This document shows positions 8,625 through 18,560 of a DNA stretch of 64,000 bases, in pieces (position 1 is the first letter of the stretch; every line of letters begins with the position of its first letter). A program made the position numbers and the translations under genes. A model generated the notes under the pieces. That model saw only the letters and a program-made list of their open reading frames with translations. It had not been told where the DNA came from and ran no database searches. Source of the DNA: an uncultured delta proteobacterium (GTDB lineage: Bacteria; Myxococcota_A; Polyangia; Polyangiales; Polyangiaceae); the NCBI GenBank assembly GCA_963716725.1, contig CAVQUB010000018.1, positions 92,686-156,685 on the forward strand. The letters are read 5' to 3'.

Positions 8625-10196
8625 TTGGTAACCAGCACTCAAAGACCCGAACCGTCTCCAACTTCCGCTCATCGCCCGTCGCAGCGGGCACCGGAACGCC
8701 CGAGCGACTGGGGATCGCTCGTCGCGGATCTCTCTCGCGGGCGTGACGAGCCGACGGTCCACCTCCACGACCGGACCCACCTCGAGCTGGCTATCGACTA
8801 CCGCTTGCGCCCAGGCCGCTCGGTCGAGTCGTTCGTCTGGGAGGCCTACTTCTTCGCGCCCGAGAGCCTGAGGCTCGACAGCCGCACCTACGACAAGACC
8901 GACATCTACACCGATCTGCAGAGCTACGTCCGCTTCGAGGTGCCCGATGTCTCGTTCACGGATCTCGCAGGCGCCCCCATCGACAAACTGCGCACCGCCC
9001 TCGAGGGCAGCGACGACGCGGCCGTGCGCGAGATGCGGCTCTTCGCGTGTCAGGTGCGTGCCGCCGGCGTCGAAATGCGGCAGCGCATCATCAGCGCGCT
9101 CGAGGGTGGCGAGGACGAGCGCGCTCGTGCCGAGCAGGCCGCCGTTCGCATGACCACCGACTGCAAGCGGATCGCTTCGAAGCTGCGAGAGGCGTTGGCT
9201 CCCGCAGCCGATCGCGGCGACCCCCTCGACACCGCGGCCAAGTGGGTCGACGAGGACGTCTCGCGGCTGCTCGAGACGCTGCTGGCCACCATCAGCCGCC
9301 GCCTCGAGGCCGTGGGCAGCTCTCGTTCGCTGGTCGAGCTCGTCGAGCAGGGAGCTATCGCCGAGGCCACCTATCGCGACGAGAGCGGAATCGGCCGCAC
9401 CGGACGGCTGAAGATGACGCCACGCGAGATCGAAGCGCTGGAGTTCCGACGTCACCTGCTCAAGCGGTTCACGTCGTCGGTATTGTGGCTGAGCCCCGAG
9501 GTGCGTCCGGCGGGCACCTGGGTGCGCGAGATCTCCTACGCAGCAGCCGCATCCATCGCCATGGCGTTTGCCATCGGCGCCGCCATCTGGAACGGCTTCG
9601 AGGTCGGCTCCGAGGGGCTGATGACCTGGGTGTTGGTCGCCGTGGTCGCCTACGCGGTCAAGGATCGCTTCAAGGCGCTGCTGCAATCGAAGATCTCCAG
9701 CGTGGTTGATCGCCACTTTCCCGACCGCCGCTGGCGCATTCGGGACCGCGAGCGTTCCGTGGTCCTCGGCGAGATGAAGGAACAGAGCGGATTTCTGGCA
9801 ATGGACGATTTGCCGGCTGCCGTCCTCGCGGCTCGACGGCTGACGCGCGAGCACCAGCTGGAGGAGCAGGCGCGTCCAGAGACCGTGCTCTTCCACAAGA
9901 AGGAAGTGGACGTCCAGGCGCAGCGCGTCGCGGTCGCCGATCCGCGTTTCTCCGCGCTGACGGAGATCTTCCGCCTCGACGTGGGCCGCTGGCTCGCCCA
10001 CACCGACGACCCCAAGCGTGACATCGTGTTTGCGGATCCGGTCGCGCGGAAGGTCGCCGCCGCCAAAGCACCGCGCGTCTACAACCTGGCGGTGGTGTTT
10101 CGACTCCGGCGTGAGGCCGACGACTCAGCGCCCTGGCATCGCCTGCGCGTCGTCGTCTCCCGCAAGGGCATCCGTCGCATCGAGCGCATCGCCTGA
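8625..10196 (+). CDS. Hypothetical membrane protein (two central TM helices)
   Basis: Long ORF with strong GC3 codon bias; hydrophobic pair ISYAAAASIAMAFAIGAAIW / LMTWVLVAVVAYAV; start uncertain. Confidence 0.7.
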   Translation: MVTSTQRPEPSPTSAHRPSQRAPERPSDWGSLVADLSRGRDEPTVHLHDRTHLELAIDYRLRPGRSVESFVWEAYFFAPESLRLDSRTYDKTDIYTDLQSYVRFEVPDVSFTDLAGAPIDKLRTALEGSDDAAVREMRLFACQVRAAGVEMRQRIISALEGGEDERARAEQAAVRMTTDCKRIASKLREALAPAADRGDPLDTAAKWVDEDVSRLLETLLATISRRLEAVGSSRSLVELVEQGAIAEATYRDESGIGRTGRLKMTPREIEALEFRRHLLKRFTSSVLWLSPEVRPAGTWVREISYAAAASIAMAFAIGAAIWNGFEVGSEGLMTWVLVAVVAYAVKDRFKALLQSKISSVVDRHFPDRRWRIRDRERSVVLGEMKEQSGFLAMDDLPAAVLAARRLTREHQLEEQARPETVLFHKKEVDVQAQRVAVADPRFSALTEIFRLDVGRWLAHTDDPKRDIVFADPVARKVAAAKAPRVYNLAVVFRLRREADDSAPWHRLRVVVSRKGIRRIERIA

Positions 10197-10230
10197 CCGG
10201 TCTCGCCCGGGCACGCCCAACCGGCGCCGC

Positions 10231-12108
10231 TCAGTGACCGCCGCCGGCCTTGGGCTTGGCGCCCCAAATCCGGAGTGAGAGAACGAACCCGATCAGGGCA
10301 AAGGGCAGCAAGAACCACGGCCAGTACGCCCAAGACTTGGTCGTCAGGAACCCGAGCGCCACCGACTGTAACGCAGTGCCCAGGTAGACGAAGCCGTCGA
10401 TCACGCCGACGGCGGTGGCTGCGCCCTTCCGACCGCCAAAGTCCATGGTGGCCGTGCCGCTGAGCAGGCCGTGCGTGCCGATCACGCACAGGCTCACGAG
10501 AAAGACCAAGACGCCCAACACGTAGGGACTGATGGGCAAGACCGGGCGAGCCTTCAAGAGGCGCATGTCACCGGCGCGCTGCGTCGGCTTGGGATCGGGC
10601 AATGCCAGATCTTGGACCTGGCCGCTGCGCTCCACCTTCGCCGCGATCACTGGGTCGCGCTTCTCGGCCGGTGCTGACGCCAATGCCGAGACACACATGC
10701 ACTTCTTCGAGTCCCACCCTGCGTCTTTGCACTGCGCCGGGACACAAGCCACGGCGTTTCGCACCTCGGGCCAGCCGCTGACCTGCTCATCGCCACCGAT
10801 GGCCAAGATCTTGTCGCCCGTCTGAAGCCCGCTCTTCGAGTCGGCCGACTCGACGATGTTGGTGGGTGTAGCCAGCGCGAAGCCCATGCCGAGCACACAC
10901 ACCGCCAACAGTCCGTAGAGGAACGCCGCGGCCGGACCGCGTCGACTCTGGAAGAACAAGTCGCTGACCCAGCCCGCAACGTTGCCGCCGATCACGCCGG
11001 CCACCATCAAGAGCCCGCCCCAACCGCCCTGCATGAAGGGAGCGAGGAAGGCCAGCGCCGCCCCCACCGCGTAGGCGCCGCGCCGCCTTCCGTGTGCTCG
11101 CTTGGCCAGAACCGCCGACACTACCGCCACCGCAAAGCACGGCAGCGCCGGCCAGAGCGGCAGCCAAGCGCCGTCCCGCATGGCCATCAGGAGCGCGCCG
11201 CCGCGCAACGCATGTTCGTTGGGCAGCGCCCAGATTTCGTTGGCGTAGATCGGAAACCAATGCATGACGCCGTTGCGCAAGACGCCGGTGCAGAACTCGA
11301 TCAACGCCACCGTGATGATGACCGGGTTGCTCAGGATTTGCCTGAAGAGCTTCATCGCCGGAATGGGCGTGTCGCTGGTGTCGCCGGACGAAGCGTCCCC
11401 GGTGTCGAAGTCCGCGTGCCCCGCCTGTCCCGGCCGGTCGCGAAGGAGCGACAGCTCGACGAAAAAGAACAGAGCGAGCATCACCGCTGGAATCGCGAAC
11501 ACCACCCACGCAACGCTCGGTCCAGGAGCCCCGGGCCAGACCCGCTGCGCCGCCTTGAGCAAGAGCTCGTTCACGGTGAAGGCGAGAAAGATCCCGCTGG
11601 AGATCATGGTGCCGAAGATCCCCGAGAACCCGCCCCGCTCGCTGACGTGAAACCAGTGAGCGTTCACCTTGACGATGGAGACCGCGCCGAAGCTCTGGAA
11701 GTACATGTTCAGCGCGTAGAGCACGCTGAACACCAGCCGGAGCGGCGCGCTGGTTGCCTCCCCCGACGAGACCACGTGGTAGAGGTAGGCGCCCATCGCC
11801 AGGTTCGCGACGGCGGAGCCCGCCGCGCCAGCCAGCATGCCTTTCCGGCCGCCCATGCGGTCGACGAGCGGACCGTTCAGGAGGAACGCGAAGGCGTAGA
11901 CGAAAGTGCCGGCGCCGAAGATGATGCCGAAGTCCTCTTTGGTCATCAGCTCGCCCAGCGAGTTCTTCGCGACCGTGAGGTTGTAGCGCCCCATGTAGAG
12001 CAGCGCGTAGGTCACGCCGAGCGGGAACCAGTTGAGGAAGCGCCGGCGTCGAAAGGCGTCGGAGTGCGCTAGAAACGGCGCGGCGGCCGTCGCGGAGGTC
12101 CCGGACAT
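10231..12108 (-). CDS. MFS transporter, OPA family (GlpT/UhpC-like), with PDZ-like insertion
   Basis: YALLYMGRYNL, NGPLVDRMGGR, WFHVSERG, AGWVSDLFFQSRRGP and AATAVGVIDGFVYLG motifs; extra ~120-aa soluble segment. Confidence 0.85.
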   Translation of the reverse strand: MSGTSATAAAPFLAHSDAFRRRRFLNWFPLGVTYALLYMGRYNLTVAKNSLGELMTKEDFGIIFGAGTFVYAFAFLLNGPLVDRMGGRKGMLAGAAGSAVANLAMGAYLYHVVSSGEATSAPLRLVFSVLYALNMYFQSFGAVSIVKVNAHWFHVSERGGFSGIFGTMISSGIFLAFTVNELLLKAAQRVWPGAPGPSVAWVVFAIPAVMLALFFFVELSLLRDRPGQAGHADFDTGDASSGDTSDTPIPAMKLFRQILSNPVIITVALIEFCTGVLRNGVMHWFPIYANEIWALPNEHALRGGALLMAMRDGAWLPLWPALPCFAVAVVSAVLAKRAHGRRRGAYAVGAALAFLAPFMQGGWGGLLMVAGVIGGNVAGWVSDLFFQSRRGPAAAFLYGLLAVCVLGMGFALATPTNIVESADSKSGLQTGDKILAIGGDEQVSGWPEVRNAVACVPAQCKDAGWDSKKCMCVSALASAPAEKRDPVIAAKVERSGQVQDLALPDPKPTQRAGDMRLLKARPVLPISPYVLGVLVFLVSLCVIGTHGLLSGTATMDFGGRKGAATAVGVIDGFVYLGTALQSVALGFLTTKSWAYWPWFLLPFALIGFVLSLRIWGAKPKAGGGH

Positions 12109-12251
12109 CGAGATGAGCCGCTAACACGCTCCGGGGCCGGCAGAGAACCCTTCGTCGCACGCTGCACGCGCGACTGGGGCGAAATCACCCCATCCTCACC
12201 CGAGCGCCTCCGGCGCTCCCACGGGTCAACCACCGGCATTGCAAAGGGAAG

Positions 12252-12280
12252 TTGACCGTCGCTCGGGCAGGCGCTATCCA
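12252..12280 (+). promoter_or_regulatory. Putative sigma70 promoter of tRNA-Cys
   Basis: TTGACC-17 nt-TATCCA ending 12 nt before the tRNA. Confidence 0.45.
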
Positions 12281-12292
12281 CCCATGCCCCAC

Positions 12293-12364
12293 GGCGAGGT
12301 AGCCAAGTGGTTAGGCAACGGTTTGCAAAACCGTCACACGCCGGTTCGAATCCGGTCCTCGCCT
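12293..12364 (+). tRNA. tRNA-Cys (GCA); 3' CCA not encoded
   Basis: Acceptor stem GGCGAGG/CCTCGCC, anticodon arm ACGGT-TTGCAAA-ACCGT, T-arm GGTTCGAATCC, discriminator T. Confidence 0.95.
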
Positions 12365-12396
12365 CCGAGATCCGTTTGAGGGTGGAGAGCAGAACG

Positions 12397-12903
12397 ATGG
12401 ATACCAGACCGCGCTGGACAGTCCCCGGGGCAATCTTGCTGTCACTCGCGACTGGCTGCGGAGGCGACGAGAGCAGCGGGGGCGGCGGCGGCGGCAACCC
12501 GAAGAAGGTCGACGCCTGCGCCATCGTGACGCAGACCGACGCCGAGCAGCTCTTCGAGGTGTCAGCGACCCTGGGCAAGCCGAGCGGCGTGGTCGATCCG
12601 GCATTGATCGGCGAGTGCGTCTGGGAGTGGCAGGACGCCGACGCGAACAGTCGGCTGTTGCAGTTCTACGTGTGGGAGGGCGAAGACCGCTACATCCCAA
12701 ATAAGAACTCGACACCCTTCGCCATCGGCGAAAAGGGCTCGATCGACGTGAGCGGTGGCTTGATCGGAGTCGACATCCAGTGGCTGCAGGCCGGCAAAGT
12801 CGCGGACCTCTCGTACTTCACCTACGGGGACGTTCCCGACGAGTTGACCAAGGTCGATGAGCTGAAAGCCCTCGCCCTCGCAGCTGCGACCAAGCTGAAG
12901 TAA
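12397..12903 (+). CDS. Lipoprotein (DUF3558-like)
   Basis: Lipobox LATG-C, Gly linker, DACAIVT motif; GGAG upstream of ATG 12397. Confidence 0.7.
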   Translation: MDTRPRWTVPGAILLSLATGCGGDESSGGGGGGNPKKVDACAIVTQTDAEQLFEVSATLGKPSGVVDPALIGECVWEWQDADANSRLLQFYVWEGEDRYIPNKNSTPFAIGEKGSIDVSGGLIGVDIQWLQAGKVADLSYFTYGDVPDELTKVDELKALALAAATKLK

Positions 12904-12906
12904 CCG

Positions 12907-13740
12907 TCACTTCTGCGAGGAGCCGTCGAGGTCTTCGGCGAGGTACGACAAGATCACCTCGTCCAGCGACTTCTCGCCGATCAGCGAGTCGCCGAAGATG
13001 CTGCGGCTCTCGGGCGGCGGCGCGTCAGCGAAGATCGCCGCCGGGCGCGAGATCGAATAACGACTCGGTGCCGGCTCGGCGCCAAGGGCGGAACGCCGAC
13101 GCGTCAGCGGTGAGGGTTGGCTCAGAGGAGTGCCGAGCGGTGTCGCCGAACGCGGGAGGGAAACTCCGGCGGCCTTGGCGGCCATCGCCTCGACGGCCGA
13201 GCCGATGGACTGCGACGGTGGCGGCAGGGTCGGGATGCGCGGACGGACCGGCGGTGACTCGACCGGGGCCTCGGGTTCAACGTCCGCGTCCGCGGTCGGC
13301 GGCTGCCAATGGACTGGCTTGGGAGTGACGATGCGCGCGGCCAGCTCCTCCGGAGTGGGGGCGGGGGGAGCGGGGGGAGCGGGGGGCGGCGCTGGCGCGG
13401 CCGACGCAAGGGGCGCCTCTGGCCGGGCTGCTTGCGGCTCTGGCGGCGGGCCGAACGCCGCCTCGATGACGGCGTCGAGCTCCCCGGCGCGCAGGGAGAC
13501 GAAGATCGCCTTGTGCTGCTCCTTCATCATCCGCTTGACGGTGGCGGTCATGTCGGGCGTTCCGACGTGCTCCGAGTAGTCGGTGCGGATGCTCTTCAAG
13601 ATGCGACCACCGTCCCCGAACAAGTGAGTGATGATGTGCGGACGTTTGGTCCCGCTGTCTTCGGTCTGAATGTGGAAGACGCGCCCGTGGTGCCTCACGT
13701 TGTTGTTGAACCCGAGCATGGGGGGCGGGGTCTTGGGCAC
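12907..13740 (-). CDS. Hypothetical protein with globular N-terminal domain, Pro-rich linker and acidic tail
   Basis: GFNNNVRHHGRVFHIQTEDSG at the N-terminus; SLDEVILSYLAED at the C-terminus. Confidence 0.75.
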   Translation of the reverse strand: MPKTPPPMLGFNNNVRHHGRVFHIQTEDSGTKRPHIITHLFGDGGRILKSIRTDYSEHVGTPDMTATVKRMMKEQHKAIFVSLRAGELDAVIEAAFGPPPEPQAARPEAPLASAAPAPPPAPPAPPAPTPEELAARIVTPKPVHWQPPTADADVEPEAPVESPPVRPRIPTLPPPSQSIGSAVEAMAAKAAGVSLPRSATPLGTPLSQPSPLTRRRSALGAEPAPSRYSISRPAAIFADAPPPESRSIFGDSLIGEKSLDEVILSYLAEDLDGSSQK

Positions 13741-13854
13741 GCTTCACTCCGACGGAATCGACAAAGAGAGTATCACGGCCCATGCTCGGGCACATCACGT
13801 TGGTTGGGCCTTTCGCCCTTCGCCAATCACCCCGTTGCGATCGTCGGCAGCGCT

Positions 13855-15786
13855 TCAGACGCCTTCGTCCAATCGGCGCATGCCTTCGAGCAGCAGCGCC
13901 TCTGGGCTCTCGGGGATCATGCGTTGCGGCGCCTCGAAGCCCGGATCGAAGACGAAGGAACCCTCCCGCAGCTGCAACATCGCGTACACGGCCTCGGAGC
14001 CGCGCGCCCCGGCGAAGAGCGCGTTGTAGATATTCCCGCTGACGAAGTGGAGTTCGCCCGCATCCGTCGCGGTGCGAAGCTTGAGCGCGCCGGTCTTGCG
14101 ACCCTGCCACAAGACCTGCACCAGCTCGGGCAGACCCATCTCGACCAGCGACCCCGACACACCGCCGGCCCCGGCGGTGTCCGATCGCGCCAAGATGGTC
14201 TTGATCTTGGCAACCAAGAGATCCGGGCTCACGGGCTTGGTCAGGTAGTCCGTGGCGCCAGCTTCGAAAGCCATTTGCGCGTCGGCCCCGGAGGTGCGCG
14301 CCGTGAGGAAGACCCACGGCAGCTTCATGCCCCACTGCCGGCGACGCGCCCAACCGAGCAACGTGACGCCGTCCATCGGCAAGAGGTCCATCTCTGCGAT
14401 CACGATCTGGATATCGCCGCACTCGAGGAGCTGCATGGCCTGATCGGTGTTGCGGGCCGGCCGCACGTCGAACCCCTGCTCGAGCATGCGGAGCTCGAGC
14501 ACCGTCGTCTCTTCGGGATCCGGGTCGACGATCAAGGCCACGTGACGCGTCGCCAGCAGCCGAGCCCGCAGATCGTCGCCGGTGATGATCAGGCGGAAGA
14601 GGTCCACGATGTTCGGATCGAAGACGCTGCCTCGGTACCTCGCCAGTACGTCACAGGCCGCCGCGGGATCGAGCAGCTCTCGGAACGGGTTCTTGGGGTT
14701 CTGTGTCAGATCCGCATAGGTGTCGGCGACGGCGAGCAGGCGCGCGATCAGTGGGATCTCTTTGCCGTGGAGCGCCCCCGGCAGCCCGTCACCGTCGTAG
14801 CGCTCGTACATGGTCTCGACGGCGGTGGTCACTTCCCGCGGCAGCCGCACGGCCTCCATCAGACTCGACGGAGCGCGAAACAGCTTGGCAGCCACCGCCC
14901 GGTGTTGATCGTACTGCGCCACGTTGAACGCAGTGAGGTGATAGTCGGTGACTTTGCCGAGATCGTGCAGGTAGCCCACGATCGACGCGCTGGTGCGCTC
15001 GGCGTCGGGCAGCCCAATGCGCTCGGTGATCCGGCGCATGAGCCTGGCCACGTAAGCCGAGTGTCCCCGCATGTCGGGACGCGTGCTCTCGATGAGGGAG
15101 GTCAGGACGTTGAGGGTCTCGAGGTAGGAGCTGGTCGACACGGACTCCGCGCCGACGCCGCGGGTCCCGCCGGTCAAATCGTGTCCGGACAGAATGCGTT
15201 CCCGCCCGGGGCGCTCGGCGGACAGGGCCGCCGCCAAGGTCTCGGGACTGACCAGGTTCCGCTCGTACACGTCGAGCATGCTGGTGAACAGCGCCTGTGC
15301 CTGGCGGTCGAGCACGGCGAAGGCGTGGATGTCACCGCCGTAGGCCTTGGCGATGGCGGCCTTCACAGCGCGGGGCCGGCCAACGAAAGCCCGGACCGTC
15401 TTCACCCCCGACACGATCTGGGTCTCGTGCAGGGCCTCGGCGTTGTCGGGATCGGCCGTGACTACCGAGAGCACACCGGACTGCGCGTCGTAGAGCACGG
15501 GAAAGAGCTGGTGTTGCTCCGCCAGGCGCTTGGGAACCTTCTCCATGGCAAAGCGATCGAGCTCGGCCCTGGACAGTTTATCGGTGGAGACGAAACGCGT
15601 GCGGTGCAACCCTGCCAGGTACTTGAGGAGCGACACCTCGTCGACAGCTCGCAGCTCGAGCAAGCACTCTTCGACTCGCTCCCCCGTCCGCTGCATGTAG
15701 GAGATGGACGCCTCCTGCTGCTCGCGCGTGATTAGGCCGTCGGCCACCATCCGCTCGACGAGTCGCATGCCTGAGGCGGGGTTCAT
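13855..15786 (-). CDS. Multidomain signalling protein: T2SSE_N/MshEN-like + HD-GYP-like + receiver + DUF4388
   Basis: RGHSAYVA, LHDLGK, ERYDGDGLP, IPLIARLLAVAD; REC with GATDYLTKP; VSGSLVEMGLPELVQ (DUF4388). Confidence 0.85.
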   Translation of the reverse strand: MNPASGMRLVERMVADGLITREQQEASISYMQRTGERVEECLLELRAVDEVSLLKYLAGLHRTRFVSTDKLSRAELDRFAMEKVPKRLAEQHQLFPVLYDAQSGVLSVVTADPDNAEALHETQIVSGVKTVRAFVGRPRAVKAAIAKAYGGDIHAFAVLDRQAQALFTSMLDVYERNLVSPETLAAALSAERPGRERILSGHDLTGGTRGVGAESVSTSSYLETLNVLTSLIESTRPDMRGHSAYVARLMRRITERIGLPDAERTSASIVGYLHDLGKVTDYHLTAFNVAQYDQHRAVAAKLFRAPSSLMEAVRLPREVTTAVETMYERYDGDGLPGALHGKEIPLIARLLAVADTYADLTQNPKNPFRELLDPAAACDVLARYRGSVFDPNIVDLFRLIITGDDLRARLLATRHVALIVDPDPEETTVLELRMLEQGFDVRPARNTDQAMQLLECGDIQIVIAEMDLLPMDGVTLLGWARRRQWGMKLPWVFLTARTSGADAQMAFEAGATDYLTKPVSPDLLVAKIKTILARSDTAGAGGVSGSLVEMGLPELVQVLWQGRKTGALKLRTATDAGELHFVSGNIYNALFAGARGSEAVYAMLQLREGSFVFDPGFEAPQRMIPESPEALLLEGMRRLDEGV

Positions 15787-15930
15787 GGAGCGGGCTCGAG
15801 AAGTACGGGGCCCCGGGAGTATAGCGGACCGAGGCCTCCCCGGGGCGTCGAGCCGGCGGCAGTCATCCCGACAAAATGCCGGCAATCCCGCCGGCGCTCA
15901 TCCCCGGGAAATGCGAGACCGAGGCCGCGC

Positions 15931-15959
15931 TTGACGGACTAGACCGCCGAAGCTAGAAG
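15931..15959 (+). promoter_or_regulatory. Putative sigma70 promoter of rplM-rpsI-argC
   Basis: TTGACG-17 nt-TAGAAG about 55 nt upstream of rplM. Confidence 0.45.
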
Positions 15960-16012
15960 TGCCGCCCCTTTCTAGGCGGGCCTCCCGCTCGCCATCACAG
16001 GAACTTTCGGTC

Positions 16013-16459
16013 ATGCGCCAGACGAAGCTCACGTATTCGGCAAAAACTGCCGAAGCGCAAGCCACCCGCCGGTGGTGGGTCATCGACGCCAAAGGACAGC
16101 CCCTCGGACGCCTTGCGAGCCGAGTTGCGACGCTGCTCGCTGGCAAGCACAAGCCGACGTACACGCGGCACATCGACACCGGGGACTTCGTCATCGTCGT
16201 CAACGCGAACGATGTAAAGCTCACCGGGTCCAAGAGCACCACGAAGCTCTATCACCGCTACAGCGGTCACCCGGGCGGGCTCCGCAGCCGGACCTTCGCT
16301 GCCGTCAAAGAGACGCATCCCGAGCTACCGATCACCAAAGCGGTGAAGGGCATGCTGCCCAAGAACGTGCTCGGCCGCGATATGCTCGCCAAGCTCAAAG
16401 TCTACGCGGGTGCCGAGCACCCCCACGTGGCGCAGAAGCCCGAACCGCTCGCCGTCTGA
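16013..16459 (+). CDS. rplM: 50S ribosomal protein L13
   Basis: [42 protein letters not shown] and HPHVAQKP motifs. Confidence 0.98.
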   Translation: MRQTKLTYSAKTAEAQATRRWWVIDAKGQPLGRLASRVATLLAGKHKPTYTRHIDTGDFVIVVNANDVKLTGSKSTTKLYHRYSGHPGGLRSRTFAAVKETHPELPITKAVKGMLPKNVLGRDMLAKLKVYAGAEHPHVAQKPEPLAV

Positions 16460-16472
16460 CAGAGATCCGATC

Positions 16473-16868
16473 ATGGCCGAAACGACTTCCATCTACGCCA
16501 CTGGCAAACGCAAAACCGCAGTCGCACGCGTCTGGGTCAAGGCGGGCACTGGGCAGATCAGCATCAACGGCGGCTCGGCCGACCTCTACTTCGAGCGTGA
16601 GACCAGCCGCATGATCATGCGGCAGAGCCTCGAGCTCTTGGAGCTCACGGACAAGTACGACGTCGATGCGACCGTTGCGGGCGGCGGGCACAGCGCCCAG
16701 GCCGAGGCCATGCGCCACGGCATCGCACGCGCCCTCACTTCGGAAGATCCAGAGCGTCGCAAGTCGCTCAAGCGCGCCGGCTTCTTGACCCGCGACTCCC
16801 GTAAGAAGGAGCGCAAGAAGTACGGCCAGGCCGGCGCCCGCAAGCGCTTCCAGTACAGCAAGCGTTGA
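16473..16868 (+). CDS. rpsI: 30S ribosomal protein S9
   Basis: [28 protein letters not shown] and QYSKR motifs. Confidence 0.98.
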   Translation: MAETTSIYATGKRKTAVARVWVKAGTGQISINGGSADLYFERETSRMIMRQSLELLELTDKYDVDATVAGGGHSAQAEAMRHGIARALTSEDPERRKSLKRAGFLTRDSRKKERKKYGQAGARKRFQYSKR

Positions 16869-17926
16869 GCGCAGTTCGGGTCGCCATCATCGGCGCCAGC
16901 GGGTACACCGGCGCCGAGCTCTTGCGCCTCGTGCTCGGCCACCCAAAGCTCGAGCTTGGCTACGCGGGCGCGCGCGAAAAGGCCGGCCAGCGCCTGGGCG
17001 ACGTGCTGCCCGGGACGGAGGGCATCGCCGGCCTCGGCGAGCGTCGGCTCGAGGCCTTCGAACCCGGCGGAGCACAGGCGCTGGCGGAGCGGGTGGACGT
17101 GGCGTTCTCCGCGCTGCCTCATGCGGCGAGCGCCCGGGTCTGCCAGGCGCTCCTCGACGCCGGCATCCGCGTCGTCGATCTGTCTGCTGACTTTCGCCTG
17201 TCCAGCGCCGACGTCTACGAAAAGTGGTACGGCGAGCACCCCGCCAAGGAGCTGATCTCGCGTGCCGTGTATGGCTTGCCGGAGCTGCACCGGGACGAGC
17301 TCCGCGGTGCGCGGTTGATCGCCGCTCCGGGCTGCTATCCGACCAGCAGCATCTTGCCCTTGGCGCCGCTGCTCTCCAGCGATCTGATCGAGCACGACGG
17401 ACTCGTCATCGACAGCAAGAGCGGCGTCAGCGGAGCAGGCCGCAGCGCCGCGGCCAACACTCACTTTCCCGAGACCTCCGAGGGCATGCGACCCTACAAG
17501 GTCGCGGGCACCCACCGCCACGTCCCCGAGATCGAGCAAGAGCTGTCACGCGTCGCGGGGGCATCGATCCAAGTCGTCTTCACGCCACACCTGGCGCCCT
17601 TCTCCCGCGGCATCTTGACCACCGCGTACGCAAGAGCCAAGGCGGGGGTTACCGTCGAGCGCTGCCGCGAAGCGGCGGAGAGCCTGTACCGCGACGGGCT
17701 GGTGACGGTGCTGCCCGCCGGACGATTGCCCGACACGCTCTGGGTGCGTGGGTCGGCGCGGGCGCATGTGGCCTACGCGCTGGACGAGCGCTCGAACATG
17801 GTCGTGGCCATGTGCGCCATCGACAACCTGGCGAAGGGCGCCTCCGCGCAAGCCATCCAAGCCCTCAATGTTTGCCTGGGTCACCCGGATGCGCTGGGTC
17901 TTCCAATGCTGGGAGCGTTCCCGTAG
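16865..17926 (+). CDS. argC: N-acetyl-gamma-glutamyl-phosphate reductase
   Basis: [29 protein letters not shown] and DNLAKGA motifs; start overlaps the rpsI stop. Confidence 0.97.
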   Translation: MSAVRVAIIGASGYTGAELLRLVLGHPKLELGYAGAREKAGQRLGDVLPGTEGIAGLGERRLEAFEPGGAQALAERVDVAFSALPHAASARVCQALLDAGIRVVDLSADFRLSSADVYEKWYGEHPAKELISRAVYGLPELHRDELRGARLIAAPGCYPTSSILPLAPLLSSDLIEHDGLVIDSKSGVSGAGRSAAANTHFPETSEGMRPYKVAGTHRHVPEIEQELSRVAGASIQVVFTPHLAPFSRGILTTAYARAKAGVTVERCREAAESLYRDGLVTVLPAGRLPDTLWVRGSARAHVAYALDERSNMVVAMCAIDNLAKGASAQAIQALNVCLGHPDALGLPMLGAFP

Positions 17927-18560
17927 GCGGCGACCCGACGCTGACCGGAACTGCCACGTCGTTCACGAACACGGTCATCGCCACGGCGCCGCCGGCGTCA
18001 CGGAAGCGAGCGCGGCCGGCAACGTCGGTGGTCGCCTCTAGGGTCTGCGCTCCAATCCGCACGGCCAAGCGTGCGGCGCCTACCGGTCGATCCCCGCAGG
18101 GTGCGAACTCGCCGCCAGGGTCGACTTGCAGGCGCCTCGGAAGCTCGCGTCGGTCTTCGCCCTCGAACACCATCGGGATGACGACGACGGCCGCCGCCGC
18201 GCCCAGCAGCAAGCCGCCGAGGGTGTCCGAGCCCTCCCCGGCCAGCAGCAGCGTGCCACCGGCAACTGCGGCCCCGGCCCCGATGAAGCGAGCGGGCGCC
18301 GGGCGACGCTCGAGGATTTCGGTCTCCGCGACGGACCGGGTACGTCGCACGAGGCAGAGCGCCGCGGCGCGGACGCGGATTTCGAGCAAGTCCGTCCGCG
18401 GCACGACCAAGGCGTAGATCCGCTCCGAGCCCCCAAGCGGGGCGCTGCGCGCGTCGCCTGCGGGGCCAGGCGCGCTCTCTATGCGTCGCTCGTGCACCAT
18501 GCAGCCGCCCCAGAGGGCGACCGACAGCAGCAGCGAAGCTCGAACCAGCCCGCGCTTCAC
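17865..18560 (-). CDS. Hypothetical lipoprotein/membrane protein
   Basis: Signal-like VKRGLVRASLLLSVALWGGC and an internal hydrophobic hairpin; same layout as its upstream neighbour. Confidence 0.55.
   Translation of the reverse strand: MKRGLVRASLLLSVALWGGCMVHERRIESAPGPAGDARSAPLGGSERIYALVVPRTDLLEIRVRAAALCLVRRTRSVAETEILERRPAPARFIGAGAAVAGGTLLLAGEGSDTLGGLLLGAAAAVVVIPMVFEGEDRRELPRRLQVDPGGEFAPCGDRPVGAARLAVRIGAQTLEATTDVAGRARFRDAGGAVAMTVFVNDVAVPVSVGSPPTGTLPALEDPAHPGDPGKH

Noticed and set aside
12293..12903. tRNA-Cys as the attachment site of a genomic island
   Set aside because: No integrase and no second copy of the tRNA 3' end was seen in the window
13309..15735. 808-aa plus-strand ORF and similar long antisense ORFs
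   Set aside because: No recognisable motifs; they mirror well-supported genes on the opposite strand
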